DNA from: an uncultured Lachnoclostridium sp.
GTDB lineage: Bacteria > Bacillota > Clostridia > Lachnospirales > Lachnospiraceae
Assembly: GCA_964600705.1 (NCBI GenBank)
Contig: CAZRLE010000001.1
Location: 1-52,765, forward strand
DNA: 52,765 nt
Direction: 5' to 3'
The notes under the pieces were generated by a model, which saw nothing but the letters and a program-made list of their open reading frames with translations, did no database searches and was not told where the DNA came from. A program made the translations under genes and the position numbers. Position 1 is the first letter of the stretch; each line of letters opens with the position of its first letter. Below are positions 38,124 to 47,557 of the stretch, in pieces.

Positions 38124-38764
38124 GGTCTGCCTTTCTTTTCTGCACCAATTGTAGTAGGACCATTATGTCCTGGAAATACAATTACTTCCTCTGGTAAAAC
38201 CAGTAACTTCTCACGAATGGATTTCTGTAATGCCACTCCATTTCCTGTAGGCAGGTCGTCTCTTCCTACATTACGGCAAAACATCGTGTCACCACTGAAT
38301 AAAGTATTTGCCTGATGGAAATAGTAGCACACGCCACCCTGTGTGTGTCCCGGAGTATGAAGAACCTTTATCTTTAATGCACCAAACTCCAATTCTTCCT
38401 CATCGTTTACATATACATCTGCTTCTCCCGTAAACGAACTATTAATCATATAGGCACAATTCTTCTGCGAATCTCCAAGAACTTCTTTCTCCAGCTGGTG
38501 GATGTAGGATTTTACACCATATTTTTCTCTTAAAGCATCCACTGCCATTACATGGTCAAAATGTCCATGTGTTAAAAGAATTGCCTTTAACACAAGTCCT
38601 TCCTTCTCAATCCAGTCAATAATACGCTCTTCGTCATCTGCCGGGTCAATCACCACTGCATCCTTCGAGATATTATCCCATACCAAATAACAGTTCGTTG
38701 GCATAACCCCTACCGCTAATCCCATAATGACAAGATTACCGCGTTCAATTTTATCTGTTAACAT
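38117..38764 (-). CDS. MBL-fold metallo-hydrolase (glyoxalase II-like)
   Basis: 215 aa with metal motif LTHGHFDH plus HTPGHTQG and a downstream D/H. It starts 21 nt after the relA stop. Confidence 0.8.
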   Translation of the reverse strand: MLTDKIERGNLVIMGLAVGVMPTNCYLVWDNISKDAVVIDPADDEERIIDWIEKEGLVLKAILLTHGHFDHVMAVDALREKYGVKSYIHQLEKEVLGDSQKNCAYMINSSFTGEADVYVNDEEELEFGALKIKVLHTPGHTQGGVCYYFHQANTLFSGDTMFCRNVGRDDLPTGNGVALQKSIREKLLVLPEEVIVFPGHNGPTTIGAEKKGRPW

Positions 38765-38785
38765 ATATCCTCCAACCTAAATTAT

Positions 38786-41092
38786 TTAGCCTGTCGCTCT
38801 TTCAATATCAATGACTCCGTCAATCATACGAAGCTTGTTAATTACAGTAGCTAAATGTTCTTTACCATTAATCTCAAAACCAACCTGAATGGTTGCGCTT
38901 TCTTTCTTAGTTGTACGGACATTCATAGACATAACGTCAATCTTATTCTCTGTAAATGCCTTGGAAATGTCAGCAAGCAAGCCCATACGGTTTGTAGTGA
39001 AGATGCGGATTTCTGTCTCGTAAAGTTCACCCTTATCTCTTTCTGGCGCACTCCATTCCGCATCAATCAGACGGGCTCTTTCATTTGCAGGAAGATTAAT
39101 GACATTGACACAGTCCGTTCTGTGAAGAGATACTCCACGTCCTCTTGTAACAAAACCTACAATCTCATCACCCGGCACCGGACTACAGCATTTAGAAAAT
39201 CTGACAGCTACATCATGGATACCTTTTACTACAATACCATTCTTAGACTTTGTTGCTGCATGTGGTTTGCTTTCCTTTGCTTCTGCAATAGTTTCAAGCA
39301 CCTGTGCATCCGTAACGTTCTTGCGTTCTGTCTTTCTTTGCTCTTCCTGAAGACGATTGATAACCTGACCTTCCTTTAAACCGCCATGACCGATGGCAGC
39401 ACATACAGAATCCCAGTCACGGAAGCCATACTTACGCATTGTAACTTCCATATATTCCGGCTTGGTCAAATCACTTAATACAATGTTCTTTGTCTTACAA
39501 TATGCATAAAGAAGTTCTTTACCTCTTGTAATATTATCATCTTTTAACTCTGCTCTAAACCACTGGTTAATCTTATTCTTCGCCTGTGTACTCTTAACAA
39601 TGGAGAGCCAGTCACGGCTTGGTCCTCTTGAGTTCTGGGAAGTAATAATCTCAACACGGTCACCATTCTGAATTACATAATCGATGGTTACCATCTTGCC
39701 ATTAACCCTGGCACCAACCATCTTATTCCCTACTGCACTATGAATACTATATGCAAAGTCAATTGGTGTAGAACCACTTGGCAGATCTTTTACATCACCA
39801 GTTGGCGTGAAGCAGTATACACTGTCTGAGAATAAGTCCAAATCACTCTTAAGTAAACTTAAGAATTCCTTGTTATCAGACATATCCTGCTGCCATTCCA
39901 GAATCTGCTTTAACCAGTTAAGCTTTTCTTCTTCACTGTCAGCATTGTTACTTCCATCTTTGCCTTCTTTATATTTCCAGTGGGCAGCAATACCATATTC
40001 TGCCGTTCTGTGCATATCAAAAGTACGAATCTGAATTTCGAATGGCTGTCCATTTGATCCAATCAGAGTCGTATGAAGAGACTGATAGTTATTCGCTTTT
40101 GGCATTGCGATATAATCCTTGAAACGTCCCGGAATTGGCTTGTACATTTCGTGAATTACACCTAATGCTGCATAACATTCCTTCACGGAATCTACGATAA
40201 TACGAACGGCAAACAAGTCATAAATCTGTTCTAATGTCTTGTTCTGATTTACCATTTTCTTGTAAATACTAAAGAAGTGCTTTACGCGGCCATCAAGCTT
40301 GGCTTCAATGCCTGCATTATCAATATGAACACTTACTTCATCTACAATTTTCTGGATAAATGCTTCTCTGTCACTCTTTCTTGCCGCAATCTCTGTTGAC
40401 AGATTCTTATAAACCTCCGGCTCTAAATACTTTAACGACAAGTCATCTAACTCTATCTTAATTTTGGAGATACCAAGTCTTTGTGCAATCGGAGCATATA
40501 TATCCATGGTCTCCCTTGCTTTTTCCCTCTGTTTCTCCGGCTTCATAAACTTAAGAGTACGCATATTGTGAAGGCGGTCAGCCAGTTTAATCAAAATAAC
40601 ACGGATATCCTTTGCCATGGCAAGGAACATCTTTCTTAAGTTCTCAGCCTGCACTTCAATTTTGTCGGCGGAATAATTGAGCTGAGTTAATTTGGTTACA
40701 CCATCTACTAAAAGTGCAACTTCCTCTCCAAATAACTGTGTCAACTCTTCTGTGGTATATACAGTATCTTCTACCACGTCATGAAGAAGACCTGCTACGA
40801 TGGTTTCTTTGTCTAATTCAAGCTCTGCCAAAATGATACAGACACAAAGTGGGTGGATAATATATGGCTCTCCTGACTTTCTTTTCTGTTCTTTATGCGC
40901 ATCAAAAGCAAGCCGATATGCCTTTTCTACCATAGACAAATCAGCTGACGGATGATATGCTCTTATCTTACGGATTAACTCCTCATATAACACCTCGGGT
41001 TCTGTAAAATCGCCCGGAATCTCTGACTTTTCATATTCATTATCAATAATTGGAGATGTTTCAACTTTCTTCTCATCTATTTGTGTTTCCAT
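38786..41092 (-). CDS. relA: bifunctional (p)ppGpp synthetase/hydrolase (RelA/SpoT homolog)
   Basis: 768 aa. It has an HD hydrolase domain (HPLCVCIILA...LLHDVVEDT), a synthetase domain (DLFAVRIIV, YQSLHTT, EIQIRT), and TGS and ACT C-terminal domains. Confidence 0.95.
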   Translation of the reverse strand: METQIDEKKVETSPIIDNEYEKSEIPGDFTEPEVLYEELIRKIRAYHPSADLSMVEKAYRLAFDAHKEQKRKSGEPYIIHPLCVCIILAELELDKETIVAGLLHDVVEDTVYTTEELTQLFGEEVALLVDGVTKLTQLNYSADKIEVQAENLRKMFLAMAKDIRVILIKLADRLHNMRTLKFMKPEKQREKARETMDIYAPIAQRLGISKIKIELDDLSLKYLEPEVYKNLSTEIAARKSDREAFIQKIVDEVSVHIDNAGIEAKLDGRVKHFFSIYKKMVNQNKTLEQIYDLFAVRIIVDSVKECYAALGVIHEMYKPIPGRFKDYIAMPKANNYQSLHTTLIGSNGQPFEIQIRTFDMHRTAEYGIAAHWKYKEGKDGSNNADSEEEKLNWLKQILEWQQDMSDNKEFLSLLKSDLDLFSDSVYCFTPTGDVKDLPSGSTPIDFAYSIHSAVGNKMVGARVNGKMVTIDYVIQNGDRVEIITSQNSRGPSRDWLSIVKSTQAKNKINQWFRAELKDDNITRGKELLYAYCKTKNIVLSDLTKPEYMEVTMRKYGFRDWDSVCAAIGHGGLKEGQVINRLQEEQRKTERKNVTDAQVLETIAEAKESKPHAATKSKNGIVVKGIHDVAVRFSKCCSPVPGDEIVGFVTRGRGVSLHRTDCVNVINLPANERARLIDAEWSAPERDKGELYETEIRIFTTNRMGLLADISKAFTENKIDVMSMNVRTTKKESATIQVGFEINGKEHLATVINKLRMIDGVIDIERATG

Positions 41093-41120
41093 ATAACCAC
41101 CGCCTATACAAATATGCTTT

Positions 41121-41149
41121 ATTATAAGATTTTTTCAGCAAAAAATCAA
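41121..41149 (-). promoter_or_regulatory. candidate sigma-A promoter of the relA-to-aspS operon
   Basis: Minus strand reads TTGATT-17 nt-TATAAT, only about 28 nt upstream of the relA ATG. The leader is therefore too short for a T-box or riboswitch. Confidence 0.5.
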
Positions 41150-41156
41150 CATTATC

Positions 41157-41184
41157 TTGCGTTTTTTCGCCAAAATGGTATACT
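41157..41184 (+). promoter_or_regulatory. candidate sigma-A promoter of apt
   Basis: TTGCGT-16 nt-TATACT with a TGG extended -10, 64 nt upstream of the apt ATG. Confidence 0.4.
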
Positions 41185-41248
41185 AACTAGGTGAATATTC
41201 TAGCGAATTGGTTGTTCCATAAAATCAATCGCGGTATGGAGGCTAAAT

Positions 41249-41773
41249 ATGAAAAAAATAGAAGAATACGTAAGAAGCATTCCTGATTTTCCAGAGGAAG
41301 GCATTATTTTCCGTGATGTAACCAGTGTTTTACAAGACAGAGACGGATTAAAGCTTGCTATTGATTTAATGCAGAAAGAATTAGAAGGCGTTGACTTTGA
41401 TGTTGTAGCCGGACTTGAATCCAGAGGTTTTATCTTTGGTACACCAATTGCTTACAATTTAAACAAACCTTTTGTTCTGGTTCGTAAAAAAGGTAAGCTT
41501 CCTTGCGAAACAATCGAAATGGAATACGATTTAGAATATGGCTCTGCTGTAATCGAAATGCATAAAGATTCCATCAAACCAGGACAGAAAGTAGTTATCA
41601 TTGATGACTTAATTGCAACAGGTGGTACTGTAGAAGCAAGTGCAAAGCTTGTGGAAGCCCTTGGCGGAGAAGTTGTTAAGATTGTATTCCTTATGGAATT
41701 AGAAGGCTTAGAAGGCCGTAAGAAATTAGAAAAATATGACGTTGCTTCCGTTATCAAATACGAAGGCAAATAA
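41249..41773 (+). CDS. apt: adenine phosphoribosyltransferase
   Basis: 174 aa. Motifs are IPDFPEEGIIFRDVT, GLESRGF and the PRPP-binding motif VVIIDDLIATGGT. A GGAGG SD lies 6 nt upstream. Confidence 0.95.
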   Translation: MKKIEEYVRSIPDFPEEGIIFRDVTSVLQDRDGLKLAIDLMQKELEGVDFDVVAGLESRGFIFGTPIAYNLNKPFVLVRKKGKLPCETIEMEYDLEYGSAVIEMHKDSIKPGQKVVIIDDLIATGGTVEASAKLVEALGGEVVKIVFLMELEGLEGRKKLEKYDVASVIKYEGK

Positions 41774-41797
41774 GTCATTACTTTTATACCAATAACA

Positions 41798-41848
41798 AAA
41801 GGATGTCACCCACACTGTTTTGTAGTCGGGTACATCCTTTTTATTTAT
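41798..41848. terminator. bidirectional intrinsic terminator between apt and recJ
   Basis: Stem AAAGGATGT(C)ACCC / GGGTACATCCTTT. It is flanked by an A-run upstream and TTTTATTTAT downstream. Confidence 0.65.
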
Positions 41849-41863
41849 CATATATTTTTCTTT

Positions 41864-43609
41864 TTATTTAAAGTGCTGTATGATAATCTGTATACTTTCC
41901 ATTCCATTATATTCATTTATAGAAGGATAGAATACAAAATCCATTGCCACAGGGCTTCCTGTACCAGAAAGCATCCTTTCAAATGTACCCTCCCCATACT
42001 TTTCATCCATACAGGAAGCGAACATATCATATCCTCGGAACAGCATGGCAGTGAAAGATGCGTTGGAGCTACTGCTTCTTACCGTAAGGCGAAGCATATT
42101 CTTTTCTTTTCCAATAGCTCTTGCTCCTGTTACAAACACATCTTTCACTGCAAATAATGGTCTTACGTTTTCTTTTCCGTATGGTTCTAAGAAATCAATC
42201 TCCCTTATAAGCGGAATGCTGATTTGTTCCAAAGGAAGTGCCATATCAAAAGATATCTTCGGTATCAAATCTTCCTCTGTCAGCGTTGTAAGTTCATTTA
42301 AAGCCTTCCTGAAAGGCTCCATATTCCCTTCCTCTAATGACAACCCTGCCGCCATAGGATGCCCGCCAAACTTAGTCAGATATTCCTTACACTTACTAAG
42401 CTCCTCAAACATGGAATACTCTGGTGTGGAACGCCCTGAACCTTTTAAGCCCTCTTTTCCTTTCGTTAAAACGATGGCTGGACGATTATAACGTTCCCTC
42501 AGTCGCCCCGCAATAATACCTGCAAGACTTTCATGACATCCCGGAAGAAATACTAATAGCACCTTATCCTCCAACAACCCATTTTCTTCTACCAGACAGA
42601 TTGCTTTTTCCAAATTTTCTTCTGTCATTTCCTTACGTTCTTCGTTAAGAGCCTTTAATTCTTTTGCAAGAAGCTCTGCTTTCCCTTTTTCCCTGGTCAG
42701 AAATAACTTAAGAGCAATCTTTGCTGATTCCAGGCGTCCGGATGCATTGATACATGGACCAATTACAAACCCAAGATGATATGCCGACAGATTAGTCGGT
42801 TCAAGCTGATTCACCTGCATAAGGGCCTGCAAGCCAATATTTCTCGTTCTTTTGAGTTTTTCAATGCCATGTTTTACAATAACACGATTCTCATTTACCA
42901 AATCCATAACATCACAAACGGTTGCAATGGCTGCAAATTCTAAGAACTCTTCCTCTACCGCTTTTTTGTCAAAACCAAACGTTTCATAAAGTGCTTCTAC
43001 AAGTTTGTAAGCAACCACAGCCCCACAAATCCCTTCAAATGGATATCCACATGTTTCCTGCTTTGGATTCACGATTGTATCTGCCGATGGCAATGGTTCT
43101 CCGATTGGAATATCATGATGGTCAGTAATCAGTACCGTCATTGCCTTTTCCTTGGCAAAACGAACCTGTTCTCTGGCTGCAATTCCATTGTCACAGGTTA
43201 AAATGGTATCAATTCCATCCTCAGCAGCTGCCTCTACAATCTGTATATTGATTCCGTATCCATCTTTGATACGGTCCGGAATCTCATAATCTACTTTGGC
43301 ACCGCACTTATGCAAAGCACTATACAGAATATACGTAGACATGACGCCATCCACATCATAGTCCCCAATAATGCGAATTGTCTTTCCTTCTGCAATTTTC
43401 ACTTTCAGAATCTCACAGGCTTTGTCCATATCCTTCATAAGATGGGGACTGTGAAGATGGTCCATCAAAGGTCTTAAATACCTCTCCAATTCCTCATTAC
43501 TGCTGACACCACGATTCACTGCCAGTCTTGCAAGAACCGGACTAATTCCAAAGGTTCTTGCAATCAGGTCAAAATCTGCCTTTCTATTTTTGATAAACCA
43601 TTTTTCCAT
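41864..43609 (-). CDS. recJ: single-stranded-DNA-specific exonuclease RecJ
   Basis: 581 aa with DHH motifs (GDYDVDGV, CDNG, ITDHH) and DHHA1 (GGHPMAAG). An AAGGAGA SD lies 7 nt upstream. Confidence 0.9.
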   Translation of the reverse strand: MEKWFIKNRKADFDLIARTFGISPVLARLAVNRGVSSNEELERYLRPLMDHLHSPHLMKDMDKACEILKVKIAEGKTIRIIGDYDVDGVMSTYILYSALHKCGAKVDYEIPDRIKDGYGINIQIVEAAAEDGIDTILTCDNGIAAREQVRFAKEKAMTVLITDHHDIPIGEPLPSADTIVNPKQETCGYPFEGICGAVVAYKLVEALYETFGFDKKAVEEEFLEFAAIATVCDVMDLVNENRVIVKHGIEKLKRTRNIGLQALMQVNQLEPTNLSAYHLGFVIGPCINASGRLESAKIALKLFLTREKGKAELLAKELKALNEERKEMTEENLEKAICLVEENGLLEDKVLLVFLPGCHESLAGIIAGRLRERYNRPAIVLTKGKEGLKGSGRSTPEYSMFEELSKCKEYLTKFGGHPMAAGLSLEEGNMEPFRKALNELTTLTEEDLIPKISFDMALPLEQISIPLIREIDFLEPYGKENVRPLFAVKDVFVTGARAIGKEKNMLRLTVRSSSSNASFTAMLFRGYDMFASCMDEKYGEGTFERMLSGTGSPVAMDFVFYPSINEYNGMESIQIIIQHFK

Positions 43610-43630
43610 TCTGGTTTCTCCTTAAGTATC

Positions 43631-45787
43631 TTACTTTTCTACTTTCTTCGTGCTTTTGTTCTTATTAAACAGATACCAGATAGTTCCAGCAATACACACA
43701 GAAGAATAACCTCCCGCAATAACACCTGCCATTAAAGGAATAGCAAACTCACGAACAGACTCTACTCCTAAGATTACCAGCATCACTACCATAATCAGAG
43801 TTGTCAGGGAAGTGTTAATACTTCTTGTGAAGGTCTGGTTAATACTTGCATTAACCACATCCTTTAAGGTTGTATTTTCATCCTGTTTTCCTATATTTTC
43901 ACGAATTCTGTCATAAATTACAATGGTCGCATTGATAGAATAGCCTACAATGGTAAGCATACACGCTATAAATGTGTTCCCTACAGAAATTCTGGATACT
44001 GCATATACCATCAGTACAATCAAAACATCATGCAGCAGTGCTATTACTGCACCAGCACCAAAGGTAACATTCTTGAAGCGGAACCAGATATAGAGAAGCA
44101 TTCCAATACCGGCAATCACAACGGACACAACCGCAGCAGTCTTCATTTCACCACTTACAATGGCACTGATGCTCTCCATCTGTACATTGGCTGTATCTAC
44201 TCCAAATTCAGTTTCCAAAACAGTTTCTAATTCCTTTCTTTGTTCCAAAGAAAGCTCATCTGTCTTGATTACCAATGCATTTCTGTCTTCTAACTGGGCA
44301 ATTTCACAATTACTGCCTGCTACTTTCATAAATGCATCTTCCACCTGAATCTTCACTTCATTATCAATAAAAGTCGTTTCAGGGAAGGTAACCTCTGTCG
44401 AAGTTCCCCCTTTGAAGTCGAGACCATAATTGAGAATTTCGCCTGTCTGCACCTGATTCAACACCAATGCTCCCAGTCCGACTGCAATTAAAATCCCTGC
44501 AAGGGCATAAGTTTTTTTGATATTCCCCACAAAATCAATAGATTTGCGCTGTTTTTCCAAACCATAAAACTTTACATCATCACAGCCCAGCGCATAAAAA
44601 GCATCCAGCAACACCTTTGTAATAAAAAGTGCTGTAAACATGGATAACAAAACACCAATCGCCAGTGTCTGTGCAAAGCCCAGGATTGTTCCTGAACCTT
44701 TTAACCAAAGCACTACTGCTGCAATTAAAGTAGTTATGTTGCCATCTAAAATAGCAGATAATGCCTTGTCAAATCCAAGCTTAATAGAAGAACGCACTGT
44801 CTTTCCAGTTGTCAGCTCTTCCTTGATACGGGTAAAGATAATAACATTTGCATCTACCGCCATACCAATAGAAAGAATAATACCTGCAATCCCCGGTAAT
44901 GTGAGCGTTACATCCAGTACATTAAGCAGCACCATTTCTGCCACCACATAAAATATCAGTGCAATACTTGCTGCCACGCCCGGAATACGGTACAACACAA
45001 TCATAAAAATAACAATCAATACAAATCCTATGATACCTGCCATAAGGCTTGTATTCACTGCCTGTAATCCCAAAGTTGCCCCCACTACCTTAGACTGGAT
45101 TTCCTCAAGTTCCAAAGGAAGGGCTCCAATACGAATAGTAGAAGCCAGTTCTTCTGCTTCTTCAAATGTATCCTGTCCTGAAATAATAGCCACACCATCT
45201 GTAATGGCAGACTGTACCACAGGTGCCGATACCAATTCTCCATCATAGATAATAGCAATCTGTCTTCCAATATTCTCCTGCGTTGCCTTTGCAAATTTAG
45301 AAGCACCCTTTGCATTCAAAGTTAATTTCACTACATTCTGATTTAAGCCCGTTTTACTGTCAGCTGTTGTCATAGCCTGTGCTGTTTCCACATCAGAACC
45401 ATCAATCACAACGGTTCCGCTTTCATCCATAAACTCAATGGAGCCTGCCTTTCCAAGGCCTTCCAACACTTCATTTGCATCTTTTACATTGGGAATATCT
45501 ACATTGATACGATTATTTCCTTCTTTGTAAACCACTGCTTCTGTACTGTAATTTTCTGCTCTTTTCTGCATCTTAAAAACAGTATCATCCATTGCCTCTG
45601 CGGAAGGATTTTCTTCTACAGTCTGATACGTGATGCTGACACCACCTGCTAAATCAAGCCCCAGACGAATATCTGCCACACTTCCCTTATGCTCTTCTCC
45701 AAGTCCTTTTGCGGCAATAAAAGTCAGCAATGCAATTGATACAAACACTGCCAGCATACGCAATATTGATTTGTTCTTATCGTTCAT
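43631..45787 (-). CDS. secDF: fused protein translocase subunit SecDF
   Basis: 718 aa. It has an N-terminal TM helix, a periplasmic-type head domain, then two 6-TM blocks typical of the SecD and SecF halves. Confidence 0.9.
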   Translation of the reverse strand: MNDKNKSILRMLAVFVSIALLTFIAAKGLGEEHKGSVADIRLGLDLAGGVSITYQTVEENPSAEAMDDTVFKMQKRAENYSTEAVVYKEGNNRINVDIPNVKDANEVLEGLGKAGSIEFMDESGTVVIDGSDVETAQAMTTADSKTGLNQNVVKLTLNAKGASKFAKATQENIGRQIAIIYDGELVSAPVVQSAITDGVAIISGQDTFEEAEELASTIRIGALPLELEEIQSKVVGATLGLQAVNTSLMAGIIGFVLIVIFMIVLYRIPGVAASIALIFYVVAEMVLLNVLDVTLTLPGIAGIILSIGMAVDANVIIFTRIKEELTTGKTVRSSIKLGFDKALSAILDGNITTLIAAVVLWLKGSGTILGFAQTLAIGVLLSMFTALFITKVLLDAFYALGCDDVKFYGLEKQRKSIDFVGNIKKTYALAGILIAVGLGALVLNQVQTGEILNYGLDFKGGTSTEVTFPETTFIDNEVKIQVEDAFMKVAGSNCEIAQLEDRNALVIKTDELSLEQRKELETVLETEFGVDTANVQMESISAIVSGEMKTAAVVSVVIAGIGMLLYIWFRFKNVTFGAGAVIALLHDVLIVLMVYAVSRISVGNTFIACMLTIVGYSINATIVIYDRIRENIGKQDENTTLKDVVNASINQTFTRSINTSLTTLIMVVMLVILGVESVREFAIPLMAGVIAGGYSSVCIAGTIWYLFNKNKSTKKVEK

Positions 45788-45811
45788 ATTAAATTTGTTC
45801 CTCCGTATCTC

Positions 45812-46069
45812 TTAGGCATCAAAATCCACATGCCAAACCTTATCTCCATCGTGAATATCTACATAAGACAGGTTAAATTCCTCATCCATAATATCCACTT
45901 TATATTCATAGTAGATAGTATCTGTTTTCTTAGACATAAAGATATAGCTTCCATTTTCCTGGTCTTCAATCTGGTCGCTGATTTCTTCATAAATAGCAAA
46001 ACCATCTACCTCTCCCATATATCCTGCATCACGGATTTTCTGTTCGATTAATTCATATAATTCTTCCAT
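45812..46069 (-). CDS. hypothetical small acidic protein
   Basis: The start was moved to MEELYELIEQ (AAAGGAG 8 nt upstream). It is 85 aa, very acidic, and has no TM segment. It ends 24 nt upstream of the secDF start. No family was recognised. Confidence 0.5.
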   Translation of the reverse strand: MEELYELIEQKIRDAGYMGEVDGFAIYEEISDQIEDQENGSYIFMSKKTDTIYYEYKVDIMDEEFNLSYVDIHDGDKVWHVDFDA

Positions 46070-46171
46070 TGTGTATCTCCTTTTTCCATTTATTTTCTCT
46101 TTGGTGTAAAACACCCAAATAGCGTAAATCACTTAAATATGTAGTTTACCATAGTTTCACCTAAATTGCAA

Positions 46172-46525
46172 TCAACTAAGCATTCCACCAAGCATTCCGC
46201 CAAGTCCGCACATGGCAAACACGGTAACCAGTTCCATCCCTTGCTCCAGCATATTCTGATTTAATAACGCTGATATTGCAAAGATAACTAAGAAGTAACT
46301 GATGCCAAGCAATACTCCCCACAGAAATTTCTTCACCTGCATTCGCTTTCCCATTAAAAAGCCTCCCACAAACGAAGAAAATATATACGAAAACACAATT
46401 CCAATCTGGAGCACCTGATTTCCAGTTCCTAGTCTTAGCATAATAAATGCCAGAAAAAGCAGCATGGCTCCTGTCAAAAGATATGCTGCCAGCAAACTTT
46501 TTAGTAATACTCCTAATTTTTCCAT
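46172..46525 (-). CDS. small membrane protein, YrzE/TIGR04086-like
   Basis: The start was moved to MEKLGVLLKS (GGAGG 7 nt upstream). It has four hydrophobic segments. Its position near secDF matches yrzE in Bacillus. Confidence 0.6.
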   Translation of the reverse strand: MEKLGVLLKSLLAAYLLTGAMLLFLAFIMLRLGTGNQVLQIGIVFSYIFSSFVGGFLMGKRMQVKKFLWGVLLGISYFLVIFAISALLNQNMLEQGMELVTVFAMCGLGGMLGGMLS

Positions 46526-46613
46526 AATCCGACCTCCAAAATCTTTTTGTCCCATTTGTATTCAATATATTACGCCATATTCCTATTTATTCCTTGCATT
46601 CCGCTCTTTGATT

Positions 46614-47516
46614 ATGATAAAACTATATTGGAAAGGTTGTGATTTTTTGATACAGACAGATAAAATTGATTTACATGTGCATTCTAACTGCTCAGATGGA
46701 ACACTGACTCCTACAGAGGTTGTTTATGAAGCAAAGAGACAGGGACTGCGTGCAATTGCCCTGACTGACCATGATACAGTCAAAGGAATCAACGAAGCAA
46801 AGCACTGTATTCATACATTAAAGGAATCTGAAGCTTATGAACTGGAATTCATTCCCGGAGTGGAGATTTCTGCCGGATTTGGCAAAAGTGATATTCACAT
46901 TCTGGGATTATTTGTAGATGAAGAAAATACACATCTTAACGCGGTTCTTTCCGGTGTAGAACGTGCCCGCGATGACCGCAATAAGAAAATGGCAGACAAC
47001 TTAGCAGCTGCCGGACTTCCTATCTCCATTGAAGCACTCTATGAAGCATTTCCAAATGCTGTTTTGACCCGTGCCCATTTTGCTGAATATCTTTACAAGG
47101 TTGGTGCCGTAAAAGAGGTGCAGGATGCCTTCAAGAGATATTTAAGTGCAGATGGTCCTTACTACGTTTTAAGAGAATACATGTCACCGGAAGAAGCCAT
47201 TGCTTTAATCCGTGAAGCAGGAGGAATTCCTGTTCTTGCCCACCCTTTAATTTATCACTTATCTGAACATCAGTTAAAGAATCTGATTCTTTCTCTTAAA
47301 GATGCCGGACTTATGGGCTTAGAAGTTATGCATTCCACCAATGTAAACAATGATGAAAGCTATCTTCGCGGTCTTGCCGGTAAGTATGGTCTTCTTCCTA
47401 CCGGAGGTTCCGATTTTCATGGTAACGTGAAACCAGATATCCAGATGGGATGTGGAAGAGGTAACCTCTCTGTTCCTTACTCCTATTTAGAAAAACTGAA
47501 AGAAGCGAGAAAATAA
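46614..47516 (+). CDS. PHP-domain metal-dependent phosphoesterase (TrpH/YciV-like)
   Basis: PHP motifs are DLHVHSNCSDG, ALTDHDT and GGSDFHG. I chose the ATG at 46614. The TTG at 46647 (giving MIQTDKIDLHVHS) is an alternative. The 46464 start in the track overlaps the divergent gene and is rejected. Confidence 0.8.
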   Translation: MIKLYWKGCDFLIQTDKIDLHVHSNCSDGTLTPTEVVYEAKRQGLRAIALTDHDTVKGINEAKHCIHTLKESEAYELEFIPGVEISAGFGKSDIHILGLFVDEENTHLNAVLSGVERARDDRNKKMADNLAAAGLPISIEALYEAFPNAVLTRAHFAEYLYKVGAVKEVQDAFKRYLSADGPYYVLREYMSPEEAIALIREAGGIPVLAHPLIYHLSEHQLKNLILSLKDAGLMGLEVMHSTNVNNDESYLRGLAGKYGLLPTGGSDFHGNVKPDIQMGCGRGNLSVPYSYLEKLKEARK

Positions 47517-47525
47517 AGAATTAGA

Positions 47526-47557
47526 ATAAAAAAACGGGCATAACCGCCCGTCTTTTT
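47526..47557. terminator. bidirectional intrinsic terminator between the PHP gene and yajC
   Basis: Stem ACGGGC / GCCCGT (47534-47539 / 47546-47551). It is flanked by AAAAAAA upstream and CTTTTTATT downstream. Confidence 0.65.

Noticed and set aside
38855-39379. 174-aa plus-strand ORF inside relA. Similar long antisense ORFs occur at 42045-42491 in recJ, 24783-25208 in the ABC gene, 10922-11308, 17675-18046, 29415-29786 and other positions.
   Set aside because: Each lies entirely antisense to a gene with strong family motifs. None has an SD, and their composition is low-complexity or Cys/Phe/Ser-rich. This is the typical shadow-ORF pattern of AT-rich genomes.
41093-41863. Flanking inverted repeats that could explain the apt inversion.
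   Set aside because: Visual comparison of the two flanks and their reverse complements showed no shared segment beyond A/T runs.
46176-46565. 129-aa ORF in an alternative frame overlapping the YrzE-like gene, and the 46464 start of the PHP-domain ORF.
   Set aside because: The alternative frame is basic and low-complexity with no SD. The membrane-protein frame has a GGAGG SD. The early PHP start would overlap the divergent gene and its promoter region.
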